Both the position numbers and the translations under genes were made by a program. From positions 21,390,001-21,454,000 of the forward strand of contig OX597817.1 of NCBI GenBank assembly GCA_951406725.2: a stretch of DNA of 64,000 bases. Direction: 5' to 3'. The notes under the pieces are model-generated. The model was not told the DNA's origin. It saw only the letters and a list, made by a program, of their open reading frames with translations, and searched no databases. The stretch is from Octopus vulgaris. Its lineage: Eukaryota. Of this stretch, positions 48,953 to 63,120 are shown piece after piece (the first letter of the stretch is position 1; every line of letters begins with the position of its first letter).

Positions 48953-51900
48953 CTCCTATAAACACAGAGACGCCTACAGATATATGTATATTTTACTTCT
49001 AAAAGCACCATAGTTGCAACAAAACTATAATTTCACAATAGATATGCGATTTGGAGAGTGTAGATATAATACTACTCTCGATATAAATATTTGGGTATAT
49101 TGTTTATTTCTTGCTCATACATTTTCAAGTGAATGTTTATGGGAAAGAAAAAATAATGACTATGTGGATGTGTTTATATATGAAACCCTTTTTCTGTAGA
49201 TTTCAGTGTTAAATGGCAGTAGTCTATGAAAATTGTGCGCATGATAAGAAGAAATATATGTTGTGCTTACAATAATATGGATATTTCCTGATACCTTTTT
49301 TCTTCTCTGAAATAAGAAATATTATTTAAGGTCAGTAATATGGAGTAGCATATACTAATGGTTCGTGTTTTCGGCACTGAACAATAAAAAAGCGATCTGT
49401 CCTCAGCAAGTGATTTGGTTTTATGTTGCTGCTGTCTACGCAGCTGTAACGAGTACTAGCCGATTGTTGTTTCAGCGTGAGTTACTGCAATGTTTACCCC
49501 CCGGACGCAGCAACGGTCCAGGGGATTGAGCAAGCATGACAATCTACGAACTTCAATGAATAAGTGAAAGCTTGGTACATGCTACCGAATTATACTCGCT
49601 AGTATATGACGGCTGCTCTATCTTTAGTAATCTCATAGAGTTACAGCATGAATTTCTGAAATGCATTGTTATTTTGAAAAAAAACAAGGGCACAAAACTT
49701 CTAAATGTTTCTGTTGTGATTGTTGACTACTATTAAAAGGCGTTCCACTCCTGACCATCTGGTCTTTTCAGTAAATGTATTTTTAAAAATATTGTTCTTG
49801 TTCTGAGAAAATAGTGATTACTTTAAGGAAATTGCCTTCGCTGTTCTTTGTTGACCAAGGAAGTCGAAGATGTAATGTGTTTTAGCCATGACTATAGAGG
49901 TAATTTATCTTTCACTGCTTTATAATTAATATATCTAGACGTACAATATCAACTTCAATTTAGTTTCTGCTTTATGTTTGACATGGTTTCCATTTCTAAA
50001 ATGAAATGATCTCATAGAAAGCTACGTCAAGAAAGTGCTGTGTGAAGTAGAAAAAGGAGTGGCATTATGAAGAGCTGCTGCAGCAGTTATTTGGTTTCGA
50101 TTTGGTAACAGAGAGTGAGAGAGAAAGAGGGAGGCAGAAAATCTAAAAACAAATGAACCGAATGAAGGAATGATAGAACAAACACAGAAAAGAATAATCG
50201 CTGTAACAAGATAACTTGTGTTGAAGAACTGTAGATTGTATGTACGTTTGAATTGTCATTGCAGGATCTTACATTGACTTAAACGATATCATTAAAAAGT
50301 ACTCTACGGTCGAATGCCTTTCTGCCTTGCAATGCGTCAACAAATATTCAGTTGTAAATATTGTCTGGATTGATGAATTTATCTAGCTTTTAGGATATAA
50401 ATCAGTTAAGCACTTAAGATCATTATATAAAAACTATGCTCAAACTAACAGGTTTTCTTACAACTAAAAATATAAGGATACGTTTTTATTACGGTGTAGT
50501 ACTATTGTAAATTAAGGATGCTTTAAGCGAAAAGTATACAGATTAGTGGGGGAAATAAGTGCAACAATGAACAAATGATGCATGCACTTCCCTTCGTCCA
50601 GTTCTCTCTGTTTTCTTCCTTCAGACATGACTGTGTAAATATGTAAATATAGGTGTCTATTTCTTATCTACGTACTTTCTCCTTCTGTCTTTTAGCTTAC
50701 TTTCTCCTTCTGTCTTTTAGTTCTAATTCTTTTTTTTTATGCGTCACTGTCTTTTTCAACGTTAATGTTACTGATTTAGGAATTTCTTAGTACATTTTTA
50801 TTCAGTCTCTATTTATTATACTTTCGATAAACTCTCAACCATTGTTTTGACTATAGTCCTGTTCCCATCTTCACTGCATAATTCCTTACTTCCAATTCCT
50901 TTCAGCACTTTATAAACGTGCGCTTGCACACTCATAAAGGACGAATATTTGTTTAAATGATATATTTGACAGATGCAGGTATAGCTTAAATTAATTATAG
51001 CTACAATGCCATAGTTTATGTGTGCGTGTGTGTATGTATATGATGTATCTATATTTGTATTATTATATAAATTGGTTTACCAAAACTACATAAAATACAG
51101 CCTGTGATTTTATACAGCTTAGTAACTTTGAGACAACTTGAAATGTTTTCGAAATGAAATCAACTTTTTATGGGGAATGGGACTTTTATTTCATTATTAT
51201 TTGTTTGTTTGTTTAATTTTGATTTGTGTTTTGTAAATTGCTCTCAGTGACTCTTTTTGCTTGGAAATATTTAAATACTGTTATTGTCTTCAGATGTATA
51301 TAATTATTCTAATATTCTAATACCATTACCCGAATGTAGATTTTTATAATACTCTAAGTTCAAAATATCGAGGATAATACATTATGCAATATATGTTTAA
51401 TATATACCGTTGTATGTCTAAGCCATATGGCTAAGAACTTCAAATGGACAATATTCATGAGTAATTCTGGGGAATATTATTTTGTATATATATCAAAGAC
51501 GAAATCATTCATGTTTGAGATTGCGTTTAGTATTTGTTGATTTATTAGAGATAACCATTAGCGAATGCTTTCGATTTTTAGTACCTGTATTTAAGGGCGT
51601 TTCTTCAGCATCTATAAGCACAAACATATATAGTAAAATCAACATGTTGTCATAGACTAATGTTATTAATATTTTCCGATGAAAATATACCTGTGCGATG
51701 TTTCGTGTATTGCTCACCCACGAGATAGCTTAACTAGTTCATATGAATAAATTGTATGACATTTGTTTCTTTATAAATAGTAAACAACGTTTCCTTCCCT
51801 AGAAATGTTAGCATTCTATGACTAAGATATATTTGTATATTATTAGTTTCGCTACATATATGGAGAAGAAGATCGTATTGTCTTGTAGAACTAAATGCAT

Positions 51901-52764
51901 AACTTGAAATAGCTTAGTTGTTTATAAATCTTGCAGAGAATATAAAAGGGAAATTTGAATTCAAACTGAAGATGTCAGGCAAATATTAATATTTACAATG
52001 TGGACTGAGAAAGAATACTATGGTGGCTAGAATCGAATAATTTGTGGACAACATAGTTTACTCTATTTATTCACGTACTAATGTATTCTGAATTTAGATG
52101 AGCCTGGATTTGGGCTTGCCATTCACCCTTCCACGCTGAAAAATTCAAATATGTGCACACGCGACTGTCAAAGTGTGTAATATTGGCCAAGTAAGTAAAT
52201 CACCATTATCCGAACGTGTATGTTGCGTGACTTGTGAGGCGTGTGGGAGATTATGTGTTGTTCTCTGAAGCCTGAGCATCGACACAGTTTGCGTAAACTC
52301 AAAACACATTTAAAGAAAACATAACATAGTAAAAAGTCAATATGTTCACAGCTTCTCATTTTCACTTAAGTACAGAAATTTTCAGGTGTGCACATATTTG
52401 AAAAGATACAATAATTACTATAATAACAAGTATCGTTTCTCTCAAATCTTTTCATGGTTTCATTTCAATAATTTCATACTTATTTTTGTTTACCACCTCT
52501 CTTCTACAGTAAAACAGCGCTCGATTTTCTTGACCTTTTATGCATTTATTATTCTTATTCAGGTTCACAGCAATATTTATATGGTGAAACAAATCTATAA
52601 ATTACTTCATAATCTGATATTAAAGTATTAATGTATTAATGTCTTAGTATACAATTTCTAACTATTTAGCAGTCTATATGTATTTAAGAATTTCATCGAT
52701 ATATACCCCAAATTAAAAGACAGATATGCCATAGAACGTGATGTAACAATAATCTTTTCTATTA

Positions 52765-52942
52765 TCGGCATAAGGCCTGACATTTTGGGGGAGGGGTACA
52801 GTCGATTACATCTACCACAATGCTCAAATAATACTTATTTCATGGACATCAAAAGGATGAAAGGCAAAGAACGTAGCTACGATAGAAATGCCACTGAGAA
52901 TTCCGTCCAGCATGGTTCTGATTCAGCCTTCTCATTGCCTTA
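52765..52942 (-). mobile_element. SINE family D with internal deletion
   Basis: GGCATAAGGCCTGACATTTTGGGGGAGGGG..GTCGATTACATC..AAAGGATGAAAGGCAAAG matches 1628-2257. Confidence 0.72.
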
Positions 52943-55900
52943 AGAGAAGTAATAGTAATTACGATGCGCTGTCGTCACCAATAATATATCAATTTCACTA
53001 TCACCACTAGGCCTACTACTTTTCTCTGATTTAAATAATCAACCACCATCACAATTATTCTTAATGCTATACTATCATATTAATAATAAATATTACGTCG
53101 GTCAATACCACCTTTAATTGTATCGTTAACCTGAATTACGCTTCCACATCCACTACTCTATAGAGCAGGAGCACGAAAACTACAACCACAAATAACACCA
53201 AAGGAAGACCTAGCAAATCCATCGCCAATTCCATGCAAAGTAGGCACTATAAATACATTAGAATATCTTGTATATTCCGTTCATTTGTTTCTATTCGCCC
53301 ATTTATATTTTATGTGGTTCTTATTTCCTAAAATGGTAAGGCGCATGAAAAGCAAACCAAAGAAGTAAATACATAACCCATCACATATTCACATACATAA
53401 ATAGATGTAGTAGTTTCAAGTAATAAGAGTTTCTAACAATTTTGAAAACACATTTTCAGATTAGACATAACTTAATATTAATACAGTATACTTATGAACA
53501 TCAATTGTAATGATATTTTCCCGTTATACCTTTGTATTCTTTTCACAAAAATTTCACTATTACACTTTTCCCCAATTGGTAAAACATTGCCATTCAATAA
53601 ATTCTGAAATATTGGCTAAATTGATTCAAAGATTGGAGAGTATTGAATAAGCATCAATCAAAATATAAAACTTTTTTTGTATCACTCTTACAAACTTTGG
53701 TGTCTCCAATGATACTAGGAGTACTCGAACACAAAAGAAAAATATTTATGATGTGTATGCAACATATTCTGTAATGTTTATTAGATTCGTAGCTGGCGAA
53801 GAAGAATACGTAGATGTCTCCACAATTTAGCCAAGTTTTTTTACTCATAATATTTTGGACATATAAGAACCAATCCCCATTCCAGTAATACCAGCAATTA
53901 TTTTTACAGATAATGCTCACTTCTTTGTTACAAGTGGTGTTTCTTCAATATATTAATTATCAATCTTTTACAAGCGTAAATAGCACGCGGAATCAATACT
54001 TCACTTATCTATATCACTTTAGAATAGTTGAGACGATCGATTGTCTGTTAAGTCGACAGTGCTATGACAGCTTTGTATTAATGCAATTTCTTTAAAATCT
54101 CCTCACTACATTCTGATAATTTCTCTAAATTCACTCACAATGGAATTTCTTCGAGCCAATATTTAATACACAAGACAGTACTGGTCAGTTTTACGTTGGA
54201 CTTAACCGTCTACTTTGAAACATCATTCGATTTGCTATAAATGTGTACACCATGACCAAATTTTCCCTTTTATGAATTATGAGTATATATATATACACTA
54301 ATGTATGTATTACAATATTCAATTTTGCCCTACAGATGTACATTGACATAATCACTACCGTTCAAATTATTAAATTCTGAAAAAGAAAGAAAAAATGTTT
54401 AATTTGAAAGAAACATTTTTATTGCGACTACCAAATACATTTATAGATTACGCCTTGTATCAAAAGTCGAACAAGAAATATCAATATCTTAAAGAATTAT
54501 GTGAATATATTCGTTTCAATGGAATATTTTGTTATCTGATCTTTAGAAATACGACGAAAATTTTATTGCATTCCAAAGTAAGCTAAAAATTCACACAATG
54601 AAAAGCAACAAAAATATGCATAGCACATATTCAAAGAAATTACATATAATCTTTCTTAACAATTGTAACAATAAAAAATTACATTAATTTTTGCAACATA
54701 TGTTAGTATTTATACGATGATGGAAGAGAGTATTACACAACAAATACGAAACTACAAAATATAGACTAGAGAGTGGCCTGGGTTTTCTGAGAATATCATA
54801 TATGGAAAAATATCATAACATTGTCAAAATGTCATTTTTCCAGAGGACAGTCTGTCTTGGTCTATTTGGACAATTTTTTCTATAACATTATCTAGTTGAT
54901 GGAGTTCAGGCCCCGCCAGATATTCTTTTTGTAAAAATACTGTATTTATTGGCATTTTGCAATTATGATAGCACTCGTTTATGATTTAATGATGATTTGG
55001 TTGTTGTTTCTAGCAAGTTTAGGTAGTAAAGATGATAAGTTTTTCTAGATTCTATTTCTTAGATTTTTATATGATTGTAAATTAGTTGTGCTATTACGTA
55101 CTATTGATAAATTGTACAAAATAACCATCACATTCGCAGTTTTAAGTGAATTGATAGTGATGAAGTTTCTTGTGGATTTATAACGTGTGGTTTAAAAACT
55201 ATGGCATTTCCTTCTTCAACAATTTCATATATCTATATATTGTTTCATATTTTTTGTTGTACCAAAATTTCGTTTACTACTCCGAACGTTTGAAATATTT
55301 TCAAATACGATATCAGAAATGTAAAAGAAACTGGCATTCACTTGTAATCTTGTCAAATATGGAGCAGCTAAGATATTAACAAAACGAAGGAAAATATAAT
55401 CAGTCTGGCCATGGCTCCAAGAAAATCATTTTCTTGGGTAAATTAGACTCCGGTTGTGTTTTAATTTAAAACTTAGAGGGAGACCTTACTCAATACACAT
55501 ACATCGTCTGGCTATTTCATATTTCTGCCAATTTGCTGCCATTGTAGGTATGAAATAATATTGATTTCTAACTGTAGTTCAAGGTCCAGGTTTAGAAATG
55601 TAATACGTTCTCAAATAATTTTACAATTTTCTTTCTCCACCCTCAGGGTAAGAATTATGCAAAAGAACATTACTAATAGTGTAACGTATTTAATTCTTAG
55701 CCCTACCGTTTCTGCCTGCTCAATATCCCTCACAATATATATTATTGTCATAGATTATTACATTCGTTTAGAGTAGTTTTTTGTTTAGTTAATATTACAA
55801 CCCTTTCGTCTTTTATCTTAGAATTACTGAGTAGTAAATAGTCACATTTGCTAATCTAAAACATGTATTGAGGTTGTGTGAAGCTGAGCCGTATCTCACA

Positions 55901-57308
55901 CAATGCACTCTCAAACTATTATGGGATGCATATAGTATGAGATATTTTCCTAATGATCATCTACTTCAAATTATAGTCTGACATGAATAACATTCTGACT
56001 GTCGCTACGCCACTGTCGTAAAGGGCCTCCAAGTAAAATCGAAACTAGCTTCATAGACTTTATATTCTCACATCGGTATCATGTTTGACACATTCTGTTG
56101 TCCTATTAATATTACTTTCATCTGATATCACGCAAAGCTGCTATATTTCAGAAGAATGAAACAGTTATTGTACACGAAATGACAATCGAAAACAAGTTAC
56201 ATTGTACAATCATAGAGTTTTGCTCTGCGTCACCTGTTTCAGTAATCATATTTGTTTCTCTTACAGTGAGAATGTGGACACTAAATATCAGGGAAAGGTA
56301 TAATGTAGTATTGGAATGTTTATGTTTTCCCAAAAGGATTGCTCTTTTTAGAAAAGTGAACTTTCGTCAACTAAAAGTCGAAACAAGGAGCTTTTTCCTT
56401 GCTCAACAACATTATGTTGTGCTATTGATTAGTATATAAAAAAGCAAATAAAATAAACTATAAAAAAATAAAAAATAAAACTTGAAAGAGAAAATAAAGA
56501 AAAATGGGGAAAAGCGAAAAAGTTTTAGAAAGCGAGAAATAGACATAAATAAATTAAGAGAACTTGAGCGAGAAAGTGTAGATGAATTACCGAGAGAATA
56601 CTGATAAATATAAAGCAATTTAAATGAGCTCTACTAAAATATGGGGTCGAATTTTACTATACAGACACATAGTCTTTAGTCTTTATTAGATGAAGATAAA
56701 TGACCATTTATCTTGCTGTACCAAAATGATTTATCACGTCTCTAGTCACCCCTCAGCACTTTCTAACCTGCAGTATATATTCGATTTCAATTCTACATAC
56801 TTCTTTTTTTACTCGTCGTTTTACATCTATTTAAAACTGCACAAATACAAAATACAACTGTTTTTATTAGATAACAAATAGATAGGAATACAGACAATCA
56901 GACAAATAAATGGATACACAGATAGGCACACAGACTCACTCAATCAAACATAACTTTTTTGTATGTGTACGCTAATCATGTTTCTCTAAATGACTGTGTA
57001 GCGAGGCCAAATGTGTTGCTAAATAGTCTACGAATAGGATTCACTACTTAATCGGAAAAGGTTTCCTCTTTTCTTTAATATTTATATTTTCAATAAGTTG
57101 TTCATATTTCACGTGCACATTTAGTAGAAGAAAATCAGTAACACTAACATACGGAATTATTAACTTTCTACGCATGGCCCATATTTTCATTTATGCATCT
57201 TTGTTTATACTACTTTCCCCGATTTTTCCAAGACAGAAGTGAAAGACATTTTTTCATGCAGAATAATGAAGGATAATTTTGGCCGTGAACATTATTGTAT
57301 CGTACCCT

Positions 57309-57520
57309 ATGGTGGTGCTTGGCAGAACAGAACGTCGGAAAATATTTCGCATTATTTATTTATGGCTTTTTACGTTCTGAGTTCAAATACCGCGAAAGCA
57401 TCTTCGCTTTCATCCTTTCAGGTTCAATGAAGGTAATTACCAGTTAAGTACTGGATTCTTTGGTGTCGACTACAGCTGTTTCCTTCAAATATACCGATCT
57501 TGGGCCTAAATCTCAAACAA
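57309..57520 (+). mobile_element. SINE family D, degraded
   Basis: TTGGCAGAA..TTTACGTTCTGAGTTCAAATACCGC..GCTTTCATCCTTTC..TACCAGTTAAGTACTGG. Confidence 0.72.
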
Positions 57521-57579
57521 TAGTCTTATCGTGGCCAGCTTGTTTGGTGAATGTAACCTGAGTAAATAAATTATAGAAA

Positions 57580-57611
<32 letters not shown>

Positions 57612-57612
57612 A

Positions 57613-57681
57613 ATATATATATATATAGATAAATAGATAGATATAGTTATATATATATATATAACTATATCTATCTATTTA

Positions 57682-57698
<17 letters not shown>
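57613..57698. repeat. Perfect 86-bp palindrome centred in a (TA)n tract
   Basis: TATAGATAAATAGATAGATATAGTTAT(AT)n..ATAACTATATCTATCTATTTATCTATA; centre at 57655/57656. Confidence 0.9.
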
Positions 57699-57715
<17 letters not shown>

Positions 57716-58199
57716 AACATATATGTATAAATATATGTGCATATATATCTATTTATATATATATACATGTATAAACATACATGCAAACATACATATATAC
57801 ACACACATACATGCACTTATATATATATATCTATGTGTGTGTGTGTGTGTGTATTCTACGAGCCAGAGTTAGTAGAATAGTTTCGATTCACAACCATAAT
57901 CCCCTACTTTTGAGAGAGATATGTTTGGTATTCAAGATCACCATGCAACCTTATTTTATTTAGATTCAGTATGAATATAATGCATAAACAGTAATTATGG
58001 CCGATTCATTCTGTGTAGGAAACCATAATTTCGGATCGCTATATTGGATAAAGTAATCTTAAAATGAAGGCAAATGGGTCTATTATTGAAACTGCTGAAG
58101 AATAATATGTTGTGGTTAAATGCGATGTAAATATATCCGATAGCAATTTTTACTTGCATGCTGCATTTATATCTAAGCTCATCACCTGGATTCATTATG

Positions 58200-58560
58200 T
58201 ATTGATTTTGTAAAGAGTCGGGAAGTTTGCATCGCGCATACGAGTGATAGGTTACCTCGCGCTTCTATAAACATCAAATAGTTAGAAAGCTGTTTTTCAC
58301 CTCCCCATTTTCCAATCTGCCATATAGAAAAATAGTTGTCAAGATCTTTATGGTAGATCGCAATGTAGCCTTGGAGCAAAAATGATATTACAGAGAAATG
58401 CCATAATTTTCCAAAGTTAACCTCTTGAAGACATTATTATCTGAGGACTACTACGGCCAACTTTGGATGCAATCTCATTAACAAGAAAACCACTTAAATT
58501 TTTGGCCAGATTCTTTATTTTCATTTCTAAAATTTTACTTTCAATTTGTAAAGTACTGAT
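58200..58560 (-). pseudogene. Possible Tc3/Tc1-like transposase N-terminal remnant
   Basis: Minus strand KIKNLAKNLSGFLVNEIASKVGRS then LENYG in another frame resembles the Tc3-type HTH (EIA.K.GRS...NYG). No TIRs or catalytic motifs seen. Confidence 0.3.
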
Positions 58561-58854
58561 AAGCTGACCGGTAATCGATTCTGAAACATGTCTCCCTGTG
58601 TTGTTTTCCAACCTTAATTATCATAACACTTTGCCTATAAGATAATCCATATTCGTAGTACATCTGTTGTTATCCATTGACCATGGTATCCATTACTCGG
58701 TTTAAAACATTCAATTTAGTGAATGAAAAACGCTCGACCCAAAAGTGTGTTACGATAAACGCAATACAATCACCAGTACTTATTATATCAATGCTTCTAT
58801 TTTGCTTCTAAGTTTGTGTATGTGCATGTGTGTTTGTTTGTGTGTGTGTATGTA

Positions 58855-58897
<43 letters not shown>

Positions 58898-61044
58898 CCA
58901 AGGTATTTATATCGGAGTAGCTAAGATTTGTCAAATGTTTATAATTTAGTATCAAGTGAGACAATATTTCATCGCCTTATAATGAGTTGCAGCTTCGAAA
59001 CAATGCACTTTTGTTAGTAGTTAGTGCTCAATTTATGCACATATACTTGTATTATTTAAGTCTTCATTTCCTCTATGGTGTGAACGATTACACACTTTAC
59101 TTGAACGTCTCTCATTTAAGAATAAAACATTCAGTATGCATCTCCAATTAGAAAGCAATCGGCGTAATTATTAGTCGCTTACTTGATTGCTATTTCTAGC
59201 AACATTCGCCAAAATTACACTTTTGCTGGAGGAATAATATTGGCAGACATAGGGAAGGTCTGATGCATATAATTTACGCTTCTAAGTAACTGTAGTTAAA
59301 GAAGTTGGTACTGAAATATATTTTCGAAAGCTCCATCATTTAGTAAAATAATCATTGTCCAAGTGTTTATATATACGTATCTACACGCAGGAAAATAATT
59401 TTATGGTACTAGATATTATTTAAACATGGATCAGCATTACGTGTAAATACACACGAACAATGACAAGCGGACCGTGAACATTGCAGGAAATATAAAATCA
59501 CACTACGTATACATTATGCCAATTTTCACTATGATTAAGGGTGTGATTTCAGGTAGATATAGCTTCTGAATTTTAATAAAGTTAAGTGTCAGTGTGTATA
59601 ATATCTCGCTGGGACGTGCAGGTTTTCCATCGCCATTATCATCAGGTTGGGAATATTACGCAATTCGATGTAAATATGCTTTTTTACAGTGCTTTGTTAT
59701 CTGTGTAGTGTAATTCTTGTTTGAGTACGAAGTGAATTTGAAGCTTATATTCCAATGTATAATTCAGCATTAACACTTTTCATCTGTTCGACGTCAAAGC
59801 AGGCTTGATTTTCAACATTGATTTCCTCATTGCAGAGAAAGCATATTTTTGATTTGTTTACGTAGGTGGAAAGAACCAAAACAACAGAAACAAAACAAAA
59901 CATTACAAACGCGTTTACCTTCCTTTCTTTATAAATTTCGAAGATTTCTCAAAATTTCGAAATGTGCATTAACATTATATATAATTTATGTATTTCATCA
60001 GGTAGAGGGTATATACAGGTAAATACCTCATATCGCAAAACAATGTTATAAAATTATATGCAGTCTCTTAACACAGAGATTTAATAAACCATGCTTATAA
60101 CATTAATATGCACAATCAAATATATATCCTTAATACGAAAGAATACTTAAATCAATAATCCAACCAACCACATCCATCCATATATATGTACATACATATA
60201 TATACATACCCATATATATATAAACACACATGAACACATTCACACAGACGCACATACATATTATTAATGGAATTCGATTTTCCGCTCGGTGTCAAAGCCA
60301 CGCTGTGAATAAAAGATAACAACAAATGATATAACGATTGCCATTTTACTTTTGTTGACAAAGGTGTATTATGCAACTGCGACTGATTAGATTTATATAC
60401 ACATATGAGCGAATATTATCACATTCGTTAGTAATATAACCACATTTGCTAAACCAATTATGCAAAACCCATTACAACCTATGGCATCTTTTAGGAGGGT
60501 TTTATGGGCTGTCAGTTAAAATATCCACGACAGTTCTCGTGCCGAAATGCAAAGAAAATCTTGTTGAATATCCGCCATTTACGTTATAAATAATTACGGT
60601 TTTGTTTGCGAGAAGCCGTCAACAAATATATCCCAACTTCTTTTCTCCATCTGATACCAATATCCGCTTTTTCTTCTGTCACACTTACGTATTATATATA
60701 TGATAATTATACAAGATTTCTTTTTAGATATTGACAACAGAAACAGAGTATTATTGTAAGATATTTAAACAAAAATAGCATGAATATATTTTTAAGAAAT
60801 CGTCATTTTCTTTCATTATCAACATAACCTCGCAACACTATTTTATTATTTTTCTTACACATCTAATCCACTGTCAAAAAGGAATCACTGGATCAAAGTA
60901 ATATGTCCAAAACCATTGCGGATCATGAAGTATGGCATTTTCTTTCGGAACTTCACATTCTTTTCCTAACACTGCTAGTGCTCGAAGCAACAAGACAATA
61001 AAATCATTTTGGATCTAATATTAACAAAATACTTTAGCTCATTC

Positions 61045-61414
61045 CACAGTATTTCAGTTGAAAACAAAATAACGATTCCACCAAAAGATGTAAACCTAAA
61101 AGAAGTCATTGCGAAATTCATAGATTTCACCCAACGATTACGATGGAAAGCCTTATTCTATGATAAAAAGAACCAAACAAAGATCGACTATCACAAAAGA
61201 AAAAGATTCCTCCGATAAACTCTAAATCATTCTGACGATTTTTGTTAAATGGAACGAGATAAATGCAATTTACTTTGAAATAACAAACTGAAACAGCTGT
61301 AAATATTTTTGAACTACAATTAAACTATGATCTTTTAATACCAATAACCAACTTCTAATTGTTAGTTGTTGCTCCATTTCTTTTCTTATCTGAATATATC
61401 GACAGATTATAGAT

Positions 61415-61417
<3 letters not shown>
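61045..61417 (+). mobile_element. Penelope-like element remnant: ORF N-terminus joined to a hammerhead-bearing tail that ends in (TA)n
   Basis: SVENKITIPPKDVNLKEVIAKFIDFTQRLRWKALFY resembles the PLE ORF N-terminal pattern S.KNIPIP....Y...LI.K...F..R.RWKA.FF. A hammerhead follows at 61229-61304. Confidence 0.65.
61229..61304 (+). ncRNA. Minimal type-I hammerhead motif with intact core and long loop II
   Basis: ATT / CTGACGA (61232-38) / stem II TTTGTTA..TAACAAA (7 bp, closing pairs mismatched) / GAAA (61290-93) / palindromic CAGCTG stem III / TA / AAT. Confidence 0.6.
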
Positions 61418-61509
<92 letters not shown>

Positions 61510-61574
61510 CGAAGGAAAGAGCGAGATGGAAAGACTGATAGATATATGGATAGATAGGTAGAGACATGTAGAAA

Positions 61575-61657
61575 ATATACATATATATAAATATGTGTGT
61601 GCGAGTGTGTACGTGTATAAAATTATATTAAATATGAATACTAGCATGTGAACACAC

Positions 61658-61717
<60 letters not shown>

Positions 61718-61855
61718 GTATATATATGTGTGTATATATATATACATATATATATATACATGTATGTTATTTGTGTTCACATGCTAGTATTCATATTTAA
61801 TATAATTTTATATACGTACACGCACGCACACACATATTTATATATATATGTATAT
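61575..61855. repeat. Inverted repeat with ~80-bp arms around a TA-rich spacer
   Basis: ..TATAAAATTATATTAAATATGAATACTAGCATGTGAACACA (to 61656) and its reverse complement from 61772. The ORF track shows [16 protein letters not shown] on both strands. Confidence 0.92.
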
Positions 61856-62897
61856 ATATATATATATGTATATATGTATATATTTATATTTATACATATT
61901 TTTAAATGTGCAAATACATATATATACACTCATATACATGCACACTTATACGTAATCATATACGTTTGTGCATACACACACACACACACACACATATTTA
62001 AGGTATTTATGTATTTGCATATCTTTAAGTAAACATTTATATGTATATGTATACATATGTATATATATATTTATGTTTATATATAAATATGTATGTATAT
62101 ATTTACGTATACATATATACATACATATATATATGTGTATATATATATATATATATATTTATAATCATATATATATATTTAGATATAGATATGTGTACGT
62201 TTGTATGTGTATGTATTTATATATGTGTGAGTGTAAGTTTGTGTTTGTGTGTATACACGCACACATACATATGTATGCGTATATTTATAAAAAAAATACA
62301 GTGAGATAGTGAAACATATATAAAGCAATAAATTTTCGTTGAAAGAAAAAAAAGAATACAAAATTATTTCACCAGAAAGTGGAAGATTAGGTACACGTAA
62401 ATAAATTACTGAGTTTATAAGCAATTACCGACTTCTTCCCTTATTCATCCTGTACGCTTCACCTTTGTGCTAGAGAAGCTAATACCTTAGATAGCATTTG
62501 CAGTATCGTATATGAGAAAAATTCAAACATTCTCATCAACTTGCAGTTCCTATCAAATTGAAATTCTATGTTACGTAATGTAATTTTATTGCAAATAATT
62601 GTGTTTGTTTATTATTATTCCTATCACTAAATCATTATCTAAAATTTTCCAAATTGAAAATTATGTTTGTTTTCATAATTTTTTTATTATTATTTCACCT
62701 TTCATGTGACGTGTGTGTGTGTGTATGTTTGGGTGTATTTTTTGTTTGTGTGTGTGTGTGTGTGCGCGCGTGTGTATGTGTTTGTTTGGTGTGCGTGAGT
62801 ATCTTTAGAAAGTAAAAATTTCGATTAGGCGAAGGATGAGGAATTCAGTGGTACTGCTGTTGCAGCTACTGCATCTGTTCTTCTTCTTATTATTCAG

Positions 62898-63120
62898 TAA
62901 TAATAATAATGATAAGGAGAAGAAGAAAAAGAAGAAGAAAAAGAAGAAAATGAAAGAGAAGAAGAAGAAAATGAAGGAGAAGAAGAAGAATAAAATGAAG
63001 AAAAAGAAGAAATTTGATAACACCGAGAAAAATATTAATGATGATGATCAAGATGAGGTTGAGGGTGATGAAGATGATCTTGATGAAGTTTATTGTGATG
63101 TTGAAGATGATGGAGATAAT
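62898..63120. repeat. AAT/GAA/GAT low-complexity trinucleotide tract
   Basis: Seen directly in the sequence. Confidence 0.9.

Noticed and set aside
50673-50720. Tandem 25-bp duplication resembling two splice acceptors (TACTTTCTCCTTCTGTCTTTTAG)
   Set aside because: No exon-like sequence follows; an ordinary slippage duplication like those at ~2866, ~6561, ~17289 and ~48013.
53640-53960. Complex-looking minus-strand ORF (88 aa)
   Set aside because: No recognisable motif in any frame and no convincing splice sites; may be an old transposon fragment.
59600-59652. CTGATGA..GAAA on the minus strand
   Set aside because: No credible stem I or stem II pairing; treated as chance.
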